The notes beneath the pieces are model-generated. The model was not told where the DNA came from. It searched no databases and was given only the letters and a program-made list of their open reading frames with translations. The position numbers and the translations under genes were made by a program. Below, one piece after another: positions 40,734 through 50,468 of a DNA stretch of 64,000 nucleotides (the stretch's first letter is position 1; every line of letters starts with the position of its first letter). Source of the stretch: Casimicrobiaceae bacterium (GTDB lineage Bacteria > Pseudomonadota > Gammaproteobacteria > Burkholderiales > Casimicrobiaceae); contig DATFSE010000016.1 of the NCBI GenBank assembly GCA_035262745.1, positions 14,348 through 78,347 of the forward strand, given 5' to 3'.

Positions 40734-42736
40734 TGCGCGGACTTTCATCGCCAGTCTTGCCGCGCCGCCAAAGTGTGGCGCGTCTCCGTCCCTCCGAATC
40801 TCCGCAATCGAGCCTCGAGCGTTCCATCGAGGCAGCCACCACGGCTCTCCTCGAGCAGCAGCGCGCCGACGGGCACTGGGTGTTCGAGCTGGAAGCGGAC
40901 GCCACGATTCCAGCCGAATATGTCCTGCTGCAGCACTTCCTGGGCGAATGCAATCCGGAAATCGAATCAAAGATCGCGGTGTATCTGCGCGGCACTCAGG
41001 GGAGCCACGGTGGTTGGCCGCTTTTTTATGGCGGCAAGTTCAACTTGAGCGCAAGCGTAAAAGCGTACTTCGCCCTCAAGATGATTGGCGATTCACCCGA
41101 CGCGGAGCATATGCGGCGCGCGCGCCAGGCGATCCTTGCTCACGGGGGAGCAGGCAGGACCAACGTTTTCACGCGCATTCTCCTAGCGCTTTTCGAAGCG
41201 ATCCCGTGGAGTGCTGTGCCGACCATGCCGGTGGAGATCGTATTTCTGCCGCGCTGGGCGCCATTCCATCTGTCGCGCATCTCCTATTGGAGCCGCACGG
41301 TCCTCGTTCCTCTGCTGGTGCTGCAAGCCCTACGGCCGCGAGCGCGCAACCCGAGAGGCGTGGGCATCGGGGAGTTGTTTCCGCCGGGAAGTCGTCGCGC
41401 CCGACGTTGGATCAGGGCGTCGCATCAATCACGCTCGCGATTCGTGCTTTTCGCTGCGATTGATGCCGCGCTGCACGTGCTGGAGCACGTCGTTCCGCAT
41501 GCAATTCGACGGCGGGCCATCAATCGAGCGGTTTCCTTCGTCACCGAGCGCCTCAACAGCGAGAACGGCCTGGGTGCTATTTTCCCCGCCATGGCCAACA
41601 GCGTAATGATGTTTGACGCACTGGGCTACGCGCGCGATGACCCGCAGGTCGTGACGGCGCGTAAGGCCATCGACAGATTGCTGATCGTCTCTCGACACCA
41701 GGCTTATTGCCAGCCCTGCGTGTCGCCGGTGTGGGACACGGTGCTCGCATGCCTTTCGCTGCTGGAGGCGGATGGTCGTCGCGCGCGCGCAGCGGTGCGT
41801 CGCGGTCTCGAGTGGCTCGCGCAACGGCAGGTGCTCGACACGCTCGGCGATTGGGCGGAACAGCGACCGGGTTTGCGTCCGGGAGGTTGGGCATTCCAGT
41901 ACGCCAATCCCCATTATCCAGACCTCGATGACACCGCGGTGGTCGTGATGGCGATGGATCGATTCGTACGGACTCGGCAAGCTCGCAATGAGCCGGACTT
42001 TCGCGACGCCATCGCTCGCGGCCGCGAATGGGTGCTCGGCCTGCAAAGCGCCAATGGCGGCTGGGGTGCATTCGACGCCGACAATGTTACCGAGTACCTG
42101 AATCACATTCCGTTTGCCGACCACGGTGCGCTGCTCGATCCGCCCACTGCAGACGTCACCGCTCGTTGCGTGAGCATGATCGCTCAGCTGGGCGAAGCGG
42201 CAGATGCAACGCCGTTGGCAAGAGCACTCGAGTTCTTGCGACGCGATCAACAGGATGACGGCAGCTTCTACGGCCGGTGGGGTATCAATTACATCTACGG
42301 AACCTGGTCGGCGCTGTGCGCATTGAATGCAGCGGACGTAGATTCGCAATCAAGCGAAGTTCGCCGCGCCGTCGACTGGCTCGTTTCCTGCCAGAACGAC
42401 GATGGAGGGTGGGGCGAGCCCGGCGAGAGCTATGCACTCGATCATCACGCCCATCAACGCGCCGCCAGCACCGCTTCGCAGACAGCGTGGGCGCTACTGG
42501 GACTAATGGCAGCACACGAGGTGCGCAACCCAGTGGTCGCTCGCGGCGTCGACTATCTGCTTCGAAACCAGCGTTCCGACGGCTTCTGGAGCGAACCGGA
42601 GTTCACTGCCACTGGCTTCCCTCGCGTCTTCTATTTGCGCTATCACGGCTACCCCAAATTCTTCCCGCTGTGGGCGCTCGCTCGCTACTATTGCCTGACG
42701 CAGACGAGCGAGCGCGGGCTGCGATTCGGCATGTGA
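40733..42736 (+). CDS. shc: Squalene-hopene cyclase
   Basis: Start ATG 40733 overlaps the hpnD stop (TGATG). Catalytic 'YPDLDDTAVVVMA'. Multiple QW motifs ('QRADGHW', 'QSANGGWGAF', 'QQDDGSFYGRWG', 'QNDDGGWGE', 'QRSDGFW'). Confidence 0.95.
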   Translation: MRGLSSPVLPRRQSVARLRPSESPQSSLERSIEAATTALLEQQRADGHWVFELEADATIPAEYVLLQHFLGECNPEIESKIAVYLRGTQGSHGGWPLFYGGKFNLSASVKAYFALKMIGDSPDAEHMRRARQAILAHGGAGRTNVFTRILLALFEAIPWSAVPTMPVEIVFLPRWAPFHLSRISYWSRTVLVPLLVLQALRPRARNPRGVGIGELFPPGSRRARRWIRASHQSRSRFVLFAAIDAALHVLEHVVPHAIRRRAINRAVSFVTERLNSENGLGAIFPAMANSVMMFDALGYARDDPQVVTARKAIDRLLIVSRHQAYCQPCVSPVWDTVLACLSLLEADGRRARAAVRRGLEWLAQRQVLDTLGDWAEQRPGLRPGGWAFQYANPHYPDLDDTAVVVMAMDRFVRTRQARNEPDFRDAIARGREWVLGLQSANGGWGAFDADNVTEYLNHIPFADHGALLDPPTADVTARCVSMIAQLGEAADATPLARALEFLRRDQQDDGSFYGRWGINYIYGTWSALCALNAADVDSQSSEVRRAVDWLVSCQNDDGGWGEPGESYALDHHAHQRAASTASQTAWALLGLMAAHEVRNPVVARGVDYLLRNQRSDGFWSEPEFTATGFPRVFYLRYHGYPKFFPLWALARYYCLTQTSERGLRFGM

Positions 42737-43446
42737 GCGTCGAAGCCGAAACAAAGGCTGCGGTAGTTGCCGTCACTGGCCTCGCCAAGGAGGCGCGCAT
42801 CGCCGGCGGGCCTGGCGTTCGCGCCGTTGCCGGCGGCGGCGATGCCAGGCGACTCGCTCAAGCGCTCGAGCGGGAGGTGCGTCTCGGTGCGCAGGGCGTC
42901 ATCAGCTTCGGTATCGCTGGTGGCCTGGTCGACACGATTGCCGCCGGAGACTGGCTCGTAGCCCTAGCCATCGTGACGGCGGATGGGCGCTTTCCCTGCG
43001 ATCAGGCATGGACTCGCGTGCTTGCCGAGCGGCTCCCTGGGGCTATGACGGGTGATGTCGTGGGCTGCGACGCACCAGTCATGGAGGCCGCGGGCAAACG
43101 CGCGCTGCACCGAGCCACTCTCGCCTCGGCAGTCGATACCGAGTCGCATATCGCAGCCGCGGTCGCAGGGGCGCATAAGCTGCCCTTCGCGGCGTTCCGA
43201 GTCGTCTGCGACGGCGTCGAACAAGGCCTGCCGTCCGTGGCGGTGTCGGCGTTGTCGCCCGATGGAACGATAAGGCGGGCTGGCGTGGCCCGCGCACTGG
43301 CACGCGATCCCCGGCAAATTCCTTCGCTCGCCAGAACAGCGATCGATGCGCGCACTGCATTCCGCGCACTGCTACGCGGACGTCGTTTGCTTGGCCCTGG
43401 TCTCGGCTTTCCGAATCTGCGTGAGGCTCTGCTCGACTTGTCGTGA
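42733..43446 (+). CDS. hpnG: Hopanoid-associated phosphorylase/nucleosidase (PNP_UDP_1 family)
   Basis: GTG 42733 sits inside the shc ATGTGA terminus. 'AVVAVTGLAKEARIA ... VISFGIAGGL ... VDTESH' is a purine-nucleosidase-like pattern. Position immediately after shc. Confidence 0.8.
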   Translation: MSVEAETKAAVVAVTGLAKEARIAGGPGVRAVAGGGDARRLAQALEREVRLGAQGVISFGIAGGLVDTIAAGDWLVALAIVTADGRFPCDQAWTRVLAERLPGAMTGDVVGCDAPVMEAAGKRALHRATLASAVDTESHIAAAVAGAHKLPFAAFRVVCDGVEQGLPSVAVSALSPDGTIRRAGVARALARDPRQIPSLARTAIDARTAFRALLRGRRLLGPGLGFPNLREALLDLS

Positions 43447-44517
43447 GAAGACGTACTCTGCCGGCCGCTGATTCGCGAGGGGAATCTCTTCCGCCATGGG
43501 ACCCTCGGTGCGTACACCGCGGAAGCTGATTCCAAGCGCTTTCCACGGGTGGCGCACTGCATCCTGCACCGCCGTGGCCTCGTAGCCGCTGTGCACCATG
43601 CAGTTGGCGCACTTTTCGTAATTGCCCGTGCCGTAAGCATCCCAATCGGTCTCTTCCATCAGTGCGCGAAAGCTTTGCGCATAGCCCTCGCCCAACAGAT
43701 AGCACGGACGCTGCCAGCCAAAAACATTGCGCGTCGGGTTGCCCCACGGCGTGCAACGATATTCCTGATTGCCGGCGAGAAAGTCCAGAAAAAGGCCAGA
43801 TTGGCTGAAGACCCAGCCACGCCCTCCCCGGCCGAGACGGAAGATGTCCCGGAAAAGCTGCTTGGTGCGAGCCCGCGTAAGAAAGTGCATCTGATCGGGT
43901 GCGCGCTCATAGGCATACCCGGGAGATACCGTGATGCCGTCGACACCAAGGTCGCGCACGCCGTCGAAAAATCGCGCGACTTGGGCCGAGTCGGCATCAT
44001 TGAACAACGTGCAGTTGATGTTGACCCGAAACCCCCGGTCTTTCGCCGCGCGAATCGCCGCCACCGCCCGGTCGTACACGCCTTTTTCGCAGACCGAGCG
44101 GTCATGCATGTCGCGATCGCCATCGAGGTGCACCGACCAGACGAAATAGGGACTCGGGCGGAACAGCCCCAGCCTTTTCTGCATCAGCAGCGCATTTGTG
44201 CAGAGGTACACGTATCTCCGACGCGCCACGATTCCGTCGACGATGGCGTCGATCTCCTTGTGCAGCAGCGGCTCGCCGCCGGCGATTGACACCACTGGGG
44301 CGCCGCACTCCTCGACCGCCGCCAGGCAATCGGCCACGGAGAGCCGTTGATCGAGTATCTCGACCGGATAATCGATCTTGCCGCAGCCTGCACAGGCGAG
44401 GTTGCAGCGAAACAGCGGCTCCAGCATCAGCACCAGCGGATAGCGCCGCCTCCCTGCCAGTTGCTGGCGAACGATGTACGAGCCGACCTTGAGTTTTTGC
44501 CGGAATGGGATCGCCAC
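43372..44517 (-). CDS. hpnH: Adenosyl-hopene transferase (radical SAM)
   Basis: 381 aa. 'LEPLFRCNLACAGCGKIDYP' (CxxxCxxC) and a SPASM-like C-terminal region 'YEKCANCMVHSGYE'. Confidence 0.92.
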   Translation of the reverse strand: MAIPFRQKLKVGSYIVRQQLAGRRRYPLVLMLEPLFRCNLACAGCGKIDYPVEILDQRLSVADCLAAVEECGAPVVSIAGGEPLLHKEIDAIVDGIVARRRYVYLCTNALLMQKRLGLFRPSPYFVWSVHLDGDRDMHDRSVCEKGVYDRAVAAIRAAKDRGFRVNINCTLFNDADSAQVARFFDGVRDLGVDGITVSPGYAYERAPDQMHFLTRARTKQLFRDIFRLGRGGRGWVFSQSGLFLDFLAGNQEYRCTPWGNPTRNVFGWQRPCYLLGEGYAQSFRALMEETDWDAYGTGNYEKCANCMVHSGYEATAVQDAVRHPWKALGISFRGVRTEGPMAEEIPLANQRPAEYVFSRQVEQSLTQIRKAETRAKQTTSA

Positions 44518-44544
44518 GATGCGCTTCGGGTTGGTTGCAGCCTG

Positions 44545-45495
44545 TTAGAGCCGATTGACCGCGGCGGGTTTCGCGCGGAGCAATTCTGCAGGGAGCCGGA
44601 ACTCGACCTTCTCCTGGATCCCCGGGAGAACCGATACTTCGACTGAACCCAGTCGACCCAAGGCGGCGATGACATCGTCGACCAACGCTTCGGGTGCCGA
44701 CGCGCCGGCCGTGATCCCGACTACGGAGGAATGGCGGACCCATGAGGGCTGCAGTTCGCTGCCATCGGCAAGCAAGTAGCTTGGCACACCGGCCTCCGCG
44801 CCGATTTCACGCAAACGATTGGAGTTTGAGCTGTTCTTCGCCCCCACGACGAGAAGCACACCAGCGATCTTGGCAAGCTCGCGTACCGCCGATTGTCGGT
44901 TCTGGGTCGCGTAGCAGATGTCGTTGATATCAGGTCCGATGATGTCGGTGAACCGACGCTTGAGCGCCGCGATGACCGCGCGCGTATCGTCTACGCTGAG
45001 CGTCGTCTGGGTGATGTACGCCAGCGGAGTGTCCGGTGCGAGTCGGAGGGCATCGACATCGCGCTCCGACTGGACCAGCAGCGCGCCGCCGGGTATCTGT
45101 CCCATCGTCCCCTCGACCTCCGGGTGACCCGCGTGTCCGACCAGAATCACCGTGCGTCCCTGGGCAACGTAGCGGCGCCCCTGGCTGTGCACCTTGGCGA
45201 CCAGGGGACAGGTTGCGTCGAGAACTCGCAAGCCCCGCGCTCGTGCCTCTTCCTCAACGCGTCGCGACACGCCATGCGCGCTGAAGATCGCAATCGCCGC
45301 GGAGGGCACGTCGGAAAGGCTCTCTACGAAGCGCGCGCCCCGCTGGCGAAGGCCTTCCACGACGTGGCGGTTGTGAACAATCTCGTGCCGCACATAGACG
45401 GGAGCGCCATAGGTAGCCAGCGACTGTTCAACAATGTCGATGGCGCGGATGACGCCCGCGCAAAACCCGCGTGGCTGTGCGAGGATTACGCGCAT
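44545..45495 (-). CDS. ispH: 4-hydroxy-3-methylbut-2-enyl diphosphate reductase
   Basis: Trimmed to ATG 45495 ('[23 protein letters not shown]'). '[10 protein letters not shown]', '[11 protein letters not shown]', 'ICYATQNRQ' and '[14 protein letters not shown]'. Confidence 0.92.
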   Translation of the reverse strand: MRVILAQPRGFCAGVIRAIDIVEQSLATYGAPVYVRHEIVHNRHVVEGLRQRGARFVESLSDVPSAAIAIFSAHGVSRRVEEEARARGLRVLDATCPLVAKVHSQGRRYVAQGRTVILVGHAGHPEVEGTMGQIPGGALLVQSERDVDALRLAPDTPLAYITQTTLSVDDTRAVIAALKRRFTDIIGPDINDICYATQNRQSAVRELAKIAGVLLVVGAKNSSNSNRLREIGAEAGVPSYLLADGSELQPSWVRHSSVVGITAGASAPEALVDDVIAALGRLGSVEVSVLPGIQEKVEFRLPAELLRAKPAAVNRL

Positions 45496-45688
45496 CTCTG
45501 CAATACGTGCGGGAGGCGGCACATTGGATTTTTCAGCACGGTCCGCATGGCGAGCTCGGAGCGGCCGTTGTTTCATTGCATGATCCATCATTCGTCACGA
45601 GAGAACAAGCGCAGTTGTCGACAGGATACCGCAAGTCGAGTCGCGTGCGAGTCATTCCAATGATGCTTTCAGGGTTGTCGCCGAGCGC

Positions 45689-46111
45689 GTGCTGAACCTT
45701 TCCATTCGCTCGACAAGTCGGATAGCGAGACAAACCGGTCGGGCAATCGGCGCTGTTTTGGGGTTCTTCATTTGCGTCGCAATCGTGCCCGGCGTTGCCG
45801 ACGCGCACGCAATCATAGTGAGCGCTCGTCCGGGCGTGAACTCCACCGTGCCGCCGGGAGAACTCGAGCTTCAGCTTGATTTCAACAGCCGGATCGATGC
45901 GCAGCGATCACGATTGCGCCTGCGAGGCCCGGATGGAACCGAAACACCAGTCGCACTCGCCGCACAGACCTCTCCCAACGTGGTCGCTGGCCACGCAACC
46001 GTGATGACGGTTGGACGATGGAAGCTCGATTGGCAGGTCCTTTCGCTCGATGGTCACATCACGCGCGGAGAGATCGGATTCTCCGTGGGGCCCTTGCCAC
46101 CGAAGCCGTGA
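45689..46111 (+). CDS. copC: CopC domain periplasmic copper-binding protein
   Basis: The signal peptide ends at 'VPGVADA|HAIIVSARPG', leaving an N-terminal His in the mature protein. 'WQVLSLDGHITRGEIGFSV'. The start codon (GTG 45689) is uncertain. Confidence 0.8.
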   Translation: MLNLSIRSTSRIARQTGRAIGAVLGFFICVAIVPGVADAHAIIVSARPGVNSTVPPGELELQLDFNSRIDAQRSRLRLRGPDGTETPVALAAQTSPNVVAGHATVMTVGRWKLDWQVLSLDGHITRGEIGFSVGPLPPKP

Positions 46112-47760
46112 CCGCGCTGTTCGACATTTTTGGCTACCTGAGCGTCGTTCTGCACGGACTCGAGCTCGTGGCCCAGACCGTCCTGATCGGCAGCGTCTCC
46201 TACACGCTTTGGATCGCTGTACCGCCCGAATCGGAGAACTTGAACAGTCGTCGGACACTTGACGGCGGCCGGCGCCTCATCGTTGCCGCGGCGCTTGCTG
46301 TGACTGTGCTGGTGATTGCGTCGACAGCGCTGAACGCCGCGGTCTTGTTTTCGTCGCTGGACACTACCGTGGGTGAGATTTCAGGCGCGGGGTTTGTCTT
46401 CGCTGGCGCGGTGAAGGTTTTGGGGACGATGCTCATCGCTGCAACCATGATGCTCACGCGCGGGGGCGCATGGATTCGCACCGCAATGGGTGCCGGTGCA
46501 GCGATGGTGCTCGGCGGTGCCGTCGGAACCAGTCACGCCGTTGCACGGCTGGGAAGCTCGGGCCTGCTGATCACCGCGACCGCGATGCACGAACTAGGAG
46601 CAGCCTTGTGGCTCGGAGGGCTTCCATCCTTGTGGCTTGCGCTGGGTCGGACGGATGCGGCGTGGAAGGCGCGCGCGATAGGAATGCGCTATTCGGAGCT
46701 CGCGATCGCGGGGGTGGCGCTGATTGCCGCAGGCGCCGTCGTTTTTGCGGCGGTCTACATCGGCTCCCTCGACGGCGCCTACGGCACGGCATATGGGGCG
46801 ACGGCGGTGACCAAAAGCATTTTGTTCGGCATGCTGCTGTTGCTCGGGCTTGCGAACTTTCGTGCGGTGCGCCGCTTCATGATCGACAGCGAAGCCCAGC
46901 GCCGGACTCGACGCTTCATTGAAGTCGAAATGGGGCTGGGATTTGCAGTTCTCATGGCTGCGGCATCCATCACATCGCTACCTCCGGCTGTCGACCTCGT
47001 TGACAATCGACTGACCGCTTCCGATATCGCCGGCAGGCTCACCCCGCGGTGGCCGCGTCTGGAGAGTCCCGAGCATGCGGGCCTCGCCATTCCTGCGCTC
47101 CAGGCACGTCTCGATGCGCAGGCACTCTCGACGCGAATGACGCGGCCCAAGGCGTTCGTGCCAGGAGGCGGCGAGCTCCCGCCGCGAAACGCCGAGGACG
47201 TCGCCTGGTCGGAGTACAACCATCATTGGGCAGGGTTGTTGGTTGCGCTGATGGGACTCGCTGCCTTGGCCAGGCGAAGCGGACGTGTTCGCTGGGCACG
47301 GCACTGGCCACTGCTCTTCCTGCTGCTCGCGGTATTTCTGTTCTTTCGGGCAGATCCCGAGGTATGGCCGCTGGGACGCATCGGCTTGATCGAGAGCCTC
47401 CGAGACCCCGAGGTTGCGCAGCATCGCCTTTTCGAACTGATCATCGTCGGCTTCGCGCTCTTCGAGCGGGGAGTCAGCACGGGGCGCATCGCCCAGCCGT
47501 CTCTGCGCCGCGTGTTTCCTGTGCTGGTTGCGCTGGGCGGTACGCTGTTATTGACCCATTCGCATTCACTTGGCAACGTGAAGCAGGAAATGCTGATCGA
47601 AATGACGCACCTGCCGATTGCCGTGCTCGGAATCACCGCAGGTTGGGCACGATGGCTGGAGGTCGAAGCGCCGGCGCAGGAGGGAAGTTGGGCTAGATGG
47701 GTATGGCCGGCGTGCTTTGTATTGATCGGTCTGTTGCTCGTCTTGTACCGCGAAGCGTGA
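46108..47760 (+). CDS. copD: CopD family membrane protein with an extended C-terminal multi-TM domain
   Basis: GTG 46108 overlaps the copC stop (GTGA). About 8 TM helices of the CopD type, then approx 230 aa more with further TM helices and His-rich motifs 'NHHWAG', 'THSHSLG', 'MTHLPIA'. Confidence 0.75.
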   Translation: MTALFDIFGYLSVVLHGLELVAQTVLIGSVSYTLWIAVPPESENLNSRRTLDGGRRLIVAAALAVTVLVIASTALNAAVLFSSLDTTVGEISGAGFVFAGAVKVLGTMLIAATMMLTRGGAWIRTAMGAGAAMVLGGAVGTSHAVARLGSSGLLITATAMHELGAALWLGGLPSLWLALGRTDAAWKARAIGMRYSELAIAGVALIAAGAVVFAAVYIGSLDGAYGTAYGATAVTKSILFGMLLLLGLANFRAVRRFMIDSEAQRRTRRFIEVEMGLGFAVLMAAASITSLPPAVDLVDNRLTASDIAGRLTPRWPRLESPEHAGLAIPALQARLDAQALSTRMTRPKAFVPGGGELPPRNAEDVAWSEYNHHWAGLLVALMGLAALARRSGRVRWARHWPLLFLLLAVFLFFRADPEVWPLGRIGLIESLRDPEVAQHRLFELIIVGFALFERGVSTGRIAQPSLRRVFPVLVALGGTLLLTHSHSLGNVKQEMLIEMTHLPIAVLGITAGWARWLEVEAPAQEGSWARWVWPACFVLIGLLLVLYREA

Positions 47761-47807
47761 ATCAGCCGCATAGTGATGTCCGCACCTCTCGCCCTCGGGA
47801 CCAGGGT

Positions 47808-50399
47808 ATGACTTCATTGGCCGAGCGAACGGTGGCCGCCTGCGCGCGCCATCCGGCCATCGTGATCGCAGCGGCGGCCGCAATCTCAGCGGCAGCCTTC
47901 GTCTATGTTGCCCGACACATGGCGATCAACACCGATACCGCAAGCCTGATTGCCGCAGACGTCGCGTGGCGCCAGCACCAGCGTTCCTTCGATCAAGCTT
48001 TCCCGCACCGTTCAGATCTGATTGCGATCGTCATCGATGCCCCGACTCCAGAGATCGCCGAACAGGCAACCGCATCACTGGCTCACAGCCTTGCGAGTCA
48101 AACGGATATCTTTCACCAGGTGTGGCGTCCGGACGGCGGGCCTTTTTTCGACCAGGCCGGCTTGCTGCTGCAACCGCTGCCCGAAGTCGAACGGACAGCC
48201 CGATCGCTCATCGCTGCACAACCTTTGCTCGGTACGCTCGCCGCCGATCCCAGCCTGCGCGGACTGATGGATGCGTTGTCTCAGATTAGCGCGGGGCTCA
48301 AGACCGAGCCGGGCCGAGCGGGCGACCTAGCTCAGCCGTTGACCATGCTGGCCACTGCATTCGAGGGCGTCCTCAGCGGCCAGACGCCTAATTTCTCGTG
48401 GCATGAGCTGATCGCCGGTAAGGCCGATCCGCGCGAGCTGCGCCGGTTCATCCTGGCTCAACCGGTGCTCGACTATCGCGCGCTGCAGCCTGGCAAGACT
48501 GCAACCGACGCGATCAGGAGCGCGGCGCAGGCGCTCGGGCTGGACTCCGATCCTGGTCTGCGTGTTCGGCTCACCGGCCCGGTGCCTCTGGCCAATGAGG
48601 AGTTCGCCACGATCGCCGACGGCGCACTGCTCAACGTTTCCATCATGCTGCTCGCGGTGCTGGCGTTGCTGTGGATCGCGCTGCACTCGTGGCGTCTCAT
48701 TTTCGCCATCATGCTGAGCTTGGCCGTGGGGCTGATCGTCACGGCAGCGTTCGGCCTGTGGCTCTATGGCATGCTCAATCTCATTTCGGTGGCGTTTGCC
48801 GTGCTTTTCATCGGTCTCGGAGTCGACTTCGGCATCCAGTTGTGTGTTTCCTACCGCAGCGAGCGCCACTCAAACGACGATCTGCATCTTGCCTTGCGCC
48901 ATGCTGCCCGCTACATGGGCGCACCGCTCGCGCTTGCCGCCGCCTCTATCGCCGCAGGTTTCTACGCCTTCCTGCCTACCGAATACCGGGGAGTGTCCGA
49001 GCTTGGTGTGATTGCCGGAACGGGAATAATCGTAGCGTTGGCCGTCACTCTCAGCTTGCTGCCGGCGCTGATCGCCGTGTTGCGTCCATCGGGCGAGCCG
49101 GAGCCCGTCGGTTACGCCGCGCTGGCGCCCGCCGATCGATTCTTGATCGAACATCGGCGGTGGGTCTTGGTGCTTGCCGCCGTTATCGCTGCTACGAGCG
49201 TCGCGTTGTTGCCGCGCCTTCGATTCGATTTCAATCCGCTGCACCTGCGGAGCGTGGACGCGGAGTCCGTGGCAACTTTGCTGGACTTGATGCGCGACCC
49301 GGACACGTCTCCGAACACCGTGGAGGTGCTCGCTCCGTCGCTCGATGAAGCCACGATGTTGGCGCAACGCATCGAGCAGCTCCCGGACGTCGCCCGCGCC
49401 GTCACGCTCGCGAGCTACGTGCCCAAGCAACAGGACGAGAAACTCGCTCTGATCGGGGATGCGAGCCTCTTGCTTGCGCCGGCGCTCGAACCCGGCCAGA
49501 CCAAACCGCCACCCACGGACGAACAAACTTCGGACGCCATGTTGCACGCCGCGCAATCGCTCGAAGAGGCAGCCAATGCGCTCCCCAAGACCCAGCTCGC
49601 GCTCGCCGCCTCGCGACTGGCCAGCGCACTGCGCTCTATTGCTGCCGGCGATGCGGCACAGCGGGAGCGCGTGCGCAGGATGCTGATCCCTGGTCTCGAC
49701 CTGACTCTCAAGCAACTGCGCACGGCAATGAAAGCTCAGCCCGTGACACTCGCCACTCTGCCCGATGGGCTCAGGCGCGACTGGATCGCTGCCGATGGAC
49801 GCGCGCGCATCGAGGTATTTCCCAAGGGTGACAGCAACGACAATGCAGTGCTGCGGCGTTTCGTGACTGCCGTGCGCACGATCGCCCCGGATGCCACAGG
49901 CGCGCCGGTCTCCATCCAGGATTCGAGCCAAACCATCCTGCGCGCTTTCGGGCAGGCAGGATTGTGGGCACTGCTGGCTATCGTACTGATCTTGGGCGTC
50001 GCATTGCGCAGCGTTGTGGACGTACTGCTGACGCTACTGCCCCTCGCGCTTTCGTCGCTTGCAACGTTGGGCATCTGTGCCGCCATCGGCCTGCCGCTCA
50101 ACTTCGAGAACATCATCGCACTACCGCTGATGCTGGGCATCGGCGTGGCGTTCAACATCTATTTTGTCATGGCGGCGCGTCAGGGAAAGCGCGATCTTCT
50201 GCAATCGAGCCTGGCGCGAGCGGTGATCTTCAGCGCTTTCACGACGGCAACGGCGTTCGGCAGCCTGTGGCTATCGCATCACCCGGGTACCTCGAGCATG
50301 GGCGAGCTCCTCGCCCTGTCGCTCGCCTGTACCCTGGTCTCAGCGCTAGTCTTTCTGCCCGCTCTCCTGGGAAATCGAGTGCGTCTCCGGTCCGGATGA
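47808..50399 (+). CDS. hpnN: Hopanoid-associated RND-like transporter
   Basis: Trimmed to ATG 47808 ('MTSLAERTVAACARHP'). 863 aa with a 2 x (1 TM + periplasmic loop + 5 TM) RND/MMPL architecture. Located in the hpn cluster. Confidence 0.88.
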   Translation: MTSLAERTVAACARHPAIVIAAAAAISAAAFVYVARHMAINTDTASLIAADVAWRQHQRSFDQAFPHRSDLIAIVIDAPTPEIAEQATASLAHSLASQTDIFHQVWRPDGGPFFDQAGLLLQPLPEVERTARSLIAAQPLLGTLAADPSLRGLMDALSQISAGLKTEPGRAGDLAQPLTMLATAFEGVLSGQTPNFSWHELIAGKADPRELRRFILAQPVLDYRALQPGKTATDAIRSAAQALGLDSDPGLRVRLTGPVPLANEEFATIADGALLNVSIMLLAVLALLWIALHSWRLIFAIMLSLAVGLIVTAAFGLWLYGMLNLISVAFAVLFIGLGVDFGIQLCVSYRSERHSNDDLHLALRHAARYMGAPLALAAASIAAGFYAFLPTEYRGVSELGVIAGTGIIVALAVTLSLLPALIAVLRPSGEPEPVGYAALAPADRFLIEHRRWVLVLAAVIAATSVALLPRLRFDFNPLHLRSVDAESVATLLDLMRDPDTSPNTVEVLAPSLDEATMLAQRIEQLPDVARAVTLASYVPKQQDEKLALIGDASLLLAPALEPGQTKPPPTDEQTSDAMLHAAQSLEEAANALPKTQLALAASRLASALRSIAAGDAAQRERVRRMLIPGLDLTLKQLRTAMKAQPVTLATLPDGLRRDWIAADGRARIEVFPKGDSNDNAVLRRFVTAVRTIAPDATGAPVSIQDSSQTILRAFGQAGLWALLAIVLILGVALRSVVDVLLTLLPLALSSLATLGICAAIGLPLNFENIIALPLMLGIGVAFNIYFVMAARQGKRDLLQSSLARAVIFSAFTTATAFGSLWLSHHPGTSSMGELLALSLACTLVSALVFLPALLGNRVRLRSG

Positions 50400-50468
50400 G
50401 CCTAGAGAACCTATGAAGAAGCCGCGCGCGCCCGAAACGCGACTCACGTGGGGCTTCCTCAGAGGTTC

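Noticed and set aside
50415-50460. Hairpin GAAGAAGCC...GGCTTCCTC between convergent hpnN and hpnL as a bidirectional terminator.
   Set aside because: The stem has a mismatch, the loop is 28 nt, and there is no flanking T-tract. It is too weak to call.
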